Shown here one piece after another: positions 26,643 through 30,160 of a DNA stretch of 30,160 nt. The stretch is taken from the NCBI GenBank assembly GCA_003662485.1, contig QMYD01000001.1, positions 1-30,160 on the forward strand. The letters are read 5' to 3'. A program made the translations under genes and the position numbers. The notes under the pieces were generated by a model, which was given only the letters and a program-made list of their open reading frames with translations, ran no database searches and was not told where the DNA came from. The stretch is from Candidatus Hecatellales archaeon. Lineage in GTDB: Archaea; Thermoproteota; Bathyarchaeia; Hecatellales; Hecatellaceae. Position 1 is the stretch's first letter; every line of letters begins with the position of its first letter.

Positions 26643-26663
26643 CTCCGCAAAGGTTAAAGACTC

Positions 26664-27947
26664 ATGTTGGCAGTTGTCCTTGCAGCTGGGGGTGGGGTTA
26701 GACTTCAACCCCTAACCCTCACCAGGCCTAAATGCCTCCTCCCCGTTGGGGGTAAGCCAATCCTCGAAAGAATTTTCGAAGCCTTAGGAGAGGCAGGCCT
26801 AAAAAGGGTTTTAACCATTCTAAGCCCTGAAGGATTGGAGGTTCGAAAGCTTTACGGTGAGGGTGGAAGGCTTGGGCTTAAGCTTTCCTACGGGCTTGAC
26901 AGGAAGCCTAAGGGTACGGGCTCCTCCCTCCTTGTGGCTGAAGCCTCCACGGGCAGGGAAGCCTTCCTAACCATTTACGGCGACCTCTACCTTTCCCGGG
27001 GGGTGTTAAAGGCCTTCCTCGAGGAGGCTTTAAAGCAGATAGGCGGGTGCTCCACCGTTCTAGCAGCAGTCGAAGTGGATAACCCCAGCGAGTATGGGAT
27101 TGTGGAAGCCAGGGGAAACAAAGTTTTAAGGGTGATGGAAAAGCCTGAGAGGGCTAAGTCGAACCTAGCCAACGCTGGAATATACCTCTTCAAGCCGAAG
27201 GTTTACAAGGCTCTCAGGAAGGTTAAACCCTCGAAGAGAGGCGAAATAGAGCTTACCGAAGCTTTGAACCTCCTAGCCGAAGAAGATGAAGTCCGCATGG
27301 TTAAGCTTCCCAGGGAGGGCTGGCTGGATGTGGGCAGACCCTGGGACCTCCTGGAAGCCAATCGTAGGGCTCTGGTGGAGGCTGAGGGCAGGGTTGAAGG
27401 CCTGGTGGAAGCTAACGTCACCCTTAAGGGTAAGGTAATCGTGGAGGGGGGAGCGGTAATCCATGCTGGAAGCGTGGTGGAGGGGCCTGCCTTCATAGGT
27501 TCAGGCTGCGAGGTTGGGCCCTCCGCCAGGATTAGGCCTTACACCAGCCTTGGAAGAAACACGAGGGTTGGAAGCTTCTGCGAGGTTAAAAACAGCATAG
27601 TCATGGATGGAAGCAAGATATCCCACCTCTGCTACGTTGGCGACAGCATTATAGGTGAAAACTGCAATTTCGGGGCTGGAACACTTATAGCCAATCTAAG
27701 ACTGGATGAGAAGCCCGTAAAGGTTGAGCTTAAAGGGGTTAGGGTGAATTCAGGCCTCAGGAAGCTTGGAGCCATCATAGGCGACAATGTTAAAACGGCG
27801 GTGAACGTGAGCATTATGCCCGGCGTGAAGATTGGGCCGGGAAGCCTGATAGGCCCAAACCTATTCATCGCCACAGATATTCCGCCAAACACCATGGTTT
27901 TGGGGAGGCAGACCCTAACCTTCAAGCCCCTAGGGGAGGAGGCTTAA
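26664..27947 (+). CDS. glmU: Archaeal bifunctional sugar-1-phosphate nucleotidylyltransferase/acetyltransferase (GlmU-like)
   Basis: LAAGGG-x-RL-x-PLT-x-x-RPK, YGD, EKP, NAGIY, RGEIELTEA, WLDVGRPWDLLEAN, hexapeptide repeats, HLCYVGDSIIG…GAGT-x-x-ANLR-x-D. Confidence 0.88.
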   Translation: MLAVVLAAGGGVRLQPLTLTRPKCLLPVGGKPILERIFEALGEAGLKRVLTILSPEGLEVRKLYGEGGRLGLKLSYGLDRKPKGTGSSLLVAEASTGREAFLTIYGDLYLSRGVLKAFLEEALKQIGGCSTVLAAVEVDNPSEYGIVEARGNKVLRVMEKPERAKSNLANAGIYLFKPKVYKALRKVKPSKRGEIELTEALNLLAEEDEVRMVKLPREGWLDVGRPWDLLEANRRALVEAEGRVEGLVEANVTLKGKVIVEGGAVIHAGSVVEGPAFIGSGCEVGPSARIRPYTSLGRNTRVGSFCEVKNSIVMDGSKISHLCYVGDSIIGENCNFGAGTLIANLRLDEKPVKVELKGVRVNSGLRKLGAIIGDNVKTAVNVSIMPGVKIGPGSLIGPNLFIATDIPPNTMVLGRQTLTFKPLGEEA

Positions 27948-27950
27948 ACC

Positions 27951-29165
27951 TTGTCTACACCCATGCTTGGCCTCACCGGTAAGCCTAATGTGGGTAAGAG
28001 CACTTTCTTCGTTGCTGCCACCCTAGCCATGGTTCCCATAGCCAACTACCCCTTCACCACGAGGAAGGCCAACCTAGGCGTAACCTACGCAACCGTGAAG
28101 TGCGTTTGCAGGGAGCTAGGCGTTAAAGACCAGCCTGTGGGTTCAGCCTGCATAGACGGAATACGCTTCGTCCCCGTGAAGCTAGTGGACTGTCCAGGAC
28201 TTGTCCCCGGAGCCTGGAAGGGGAGAGGCCTTGGAAACCAATTCCTAGACGAGGTTAGAAGGGCTGATGTACTCATGCTAGTGGTGGATGCAGCAGGGTC
28301 AACCGACCCTGAGGGTAGGCCTGGAAAGCCTGGAAGCTTCGACCCCCTAGAAGACGTGAAATTTCTTGAAGAAGAATTTGACATGTGGTTTTACCAGGTT
28401 TTGAGGAAGGATTGGGATAGGATTGCTAGGAGGGTTGAAATGCTTAGGGAGCCATTAGCCGCCCTCCTAGCCGAAAAGCTGAGCGGGCTTCAAGTTGACA
28501 GGTCCTCCGTGGTGAAGGCCTTAGAGGAGGCAGACCTAGCCTCCAAAAAGCCCAGCCTCTGGAGTGAGGAAAACCTTCAAGCCTTCGCTGGAAGCCTTAG
28601 AAGGCTCTCCAAGCCCCTCCTCGTCATAGCCAATAAGATGGACTTAGAGCCGGCTGAGGAAAACCTGGAAAGGCTTAAAGGTTTAGGCTACCCGGTTGTA
28701 GCCTGCTGTGCTGAAGCTGAACTCGCCCTTAGGAGGGCTGCGGAGAGGGGGCTAATAGACTATAGGCCCGGAGGCTCAGGCTTCAAGGTTCTTAAGCCTG
28801 AAGTCTTAACAAGGGAGCAGAGGCAGGCGTTAGACCTAATCCAGGTAAAGATTCTAGGCAAATACGGCTCCACGGGTGTTCAGCAGTCTGTGGACACAGC
28901 TGTCTTCAGCCTCCTAGGCTGGCTGGCTGTCTTCCCCGTTGAAGATGTGGAGAAGCTTACAGACCATAAGGGGAGGGTTCTCCCAGACTGCTACCTCGTC
29001 CCCCCGGGAACCACAGCCAGGCAGCTGGCAGCCCTCATCCACAGCGAGCTAGCTGAAGGCTTCCTCTACGCTGTGGAGGCACGCTCCAAGAGGAGGCTTG
29101 GAGAAGACTACAGGCTCCGCCACCGAGACATCATAAAGATTGTTTCAGCTAAGGGTAGGGTTTAA
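27951..29165 (+). CDS. ychF: YchF/Obg-family archaeal GTP/ATP-binding protein with TGS domain
   Basis: GKPNVGKSTFF, NYPFTT, DCPGLVPGA-x-x-GRGLGNQFL, ANKMD, C-terminal LIHSELA…L-x-HRDIIKIVS. Confidence 0.92.
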   Translation: MSTPMLGLTGKPNVGKSTFFVAATLAMVPIANYPFTTRKANLGVTYATVKCVCRELGVKDQPVGSACIDGIRFVPVKLVDCPGLVPGAWKGRGLGNQFLDEVRRADVLMLVVDAAGSTDPEGRPGKPGSFDPLEDVKFLEEEFDMWFYQVLRKDWDRIARRVEMLREPLAALLAEKLSGLQVDRSSVVKALEEADLASKKPSLWSEENLQAFAGSLRRLSKPLLVIANKMDLEPAEENLERLKGLGYPVVACCAEAELALRRAAERGLIDYRPGGSGFKVLKPEVLTREQRQALDLIQVKILGKYGSTGVQQSVDTAVFSLLGWLAVFPVEDVEKLTDHKGRVLPDCYLVPPGTTARQLAALIHSELAEGFLYAVEARSKRRLGEDYRLRHRDIIKIVSAKGRV

Positions 29166-29200
29166 ATGTTTTAAGGCTTGAAGTTGAAAAAGGACTGGAA

Positions 29201-30127
29201 ATGGTGAGGATTCTCGTCTCCGACAGGCTGGATGAGGAAGGCTTGGAAATCCTTAGGAGGGAAGGCTTCGAAGTAGATGTAAAGCTTAACCTTCCAGCAG
29301 ACCAGCTCAGAGAAGCCGTAAAGGATTACGATGTTCTCCTAGTTCGTGGGAGGACGAAGGTAACCCGTGAAGTTTTGGAGGCCTCGGACAAGCTTAAACT
29401 GGTTGTGAGGGCTGGGATTGGCCTCGACAACATAGACTTGGAGGCAGCCAGGCAGCGGGGCGTAAGGGTGGAAAACACGCCTGAAGCTGTTTCCTCAGCT
29501 GTAGCCGAGCTAACCATAGCCCTCATGCTTGCGGTTGCGAGGAGGCTTCCAGAGGCTGACCGAACGGTTAAGGGGGGAGGCTGGAGCAAGGAGAAGTTTT
29601 TAGGCTTAGAGCTTAGGGGTAAAACCTTGGGCATCATAGGGCTTGGAAGGATAGGATGTGAAGTGGCGAAAATATGTAGGGCCATGGAGATGCGTGTAAT
29701 ATTCTATGATGTAGTTGACCGGGATGAGTGGGCGGAAAAATATGGCTGCGAGCCCGTGGCCTCCCTTGAAAAACTCCTCGCAGAAGCCGACATCGTAAGC
29801 ATCCACGTACCCCTGACATCTTCAACCTACCACATGATTGGGAGGAGGGAGCTCTCCCTTATGAAGCCTGGAGCCATCCTAATTAACACTTCTAGGGGAG
29901 CCATCGTCGACGAGCAAGCCCTACTTGAAGCCTTAAAGGAGGGGAGGCTTGGAGGGGTAGGCCTCGACGTCTATGAGGAAGAACCCCCCAAGAGTAGGGA
30001 ACTCCTAAGCCTGCCCAACGTTGTATGCACCCCCCACATTGGAGCGCAAACCAAGGAGGCCCAGAAGGCAGCCTCCATAGCTGCAGCCAGAAAAGTAATA
30101 GAGTTTTTCAGGGGAGGGGCGGGTTAA
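29201..30127 (+). CDS. D-2-hydroxyacid dehydrogenase, 3-phosphoglycerate-dehydrogenase-like (no ACT domain)
   Basis: RAGIGLDNID, AVAEL, GLELRGKTLGIIGLGRIG, HVPLT, INTSRG, LDVYEEEP, TPHIGAQT. Confidence 0.9.
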   Translation: MVRILVSDRLDEEGLEILRREGFEVDVKLNLPADQLREAVKDYDVLLVRGRTKVTREVLEASDKLKLVVRAGIGLDNIDLEAARQRGVRVENTPEAVSSAVAELTIALMLAVARRLPEADRTVKGGGWSKEKFLGLELRGKTLGIIGLGRIGCEVAKICRAMEMRVIFYDVVDRDEWAEKYGCEPVASLEKLLAEADIVSIHVPLTSSTYHMIGRRELSLMKPGAILINTSRGAIVDEQALLEALKEGRLGGVGLDVYEEEPPKSRELLSLPNVVCTPHIGAQTKEAQKAASIAAARKVIEFFRGGAG

Positions 30128-30160
30128 ACCAAAATTTTTAAGTAACCCCAACCCATTACC

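Overview
Gene-dense archaeal chromosomal window, most likely from a TACK-lineage genome such as Bathyarchaeia. This is inferred from unsplit RpoB, a single fused RpoA'+A'', L30e, S3Ae, archaeal NusA, and no EF-2 in the str cluster. The backbone is the transcription/translation supercluster rpoH-rpoB-rpoA-rpl30e-nusA ... rps12 / rps7 / tuf-rps10. It departs from the usual layout in two ways: rps7 is inverted, and a ~4.3 kb block (YbaK, Nre, an AT-richer secreted beta-helix protein, SplB-like radical SAM) separates nusA from rps12. The left end has a LarE-cysteine desulfurase pair and a hypothetical+PadR module with repeated operator-like sites. The right half has housekeeping genes (HAD, DUF89, CooC, flavin reductase, wHTH, TPI, FBP aldolase/phosphatase, HD, S3Ae, GlmU-like, YchF, SerA-like), tRNA-Ser(GGA), tRNA-Arg(CCG) and a second secreted protein. 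The most novel-looking signals are a shared Pro-rich-VGG-x-V-x-P C-terminal motif on the two unrelated secreted proteins (candidate archaeal sorting signal; one copy has lost its TM anchor next to tRNA-Arg), the rps7 inversion, and a probable CTG start for rpl30e. No CRISPR array, transposase, integrase or intein was seen. All family calls are from motif recognition, not database searches.
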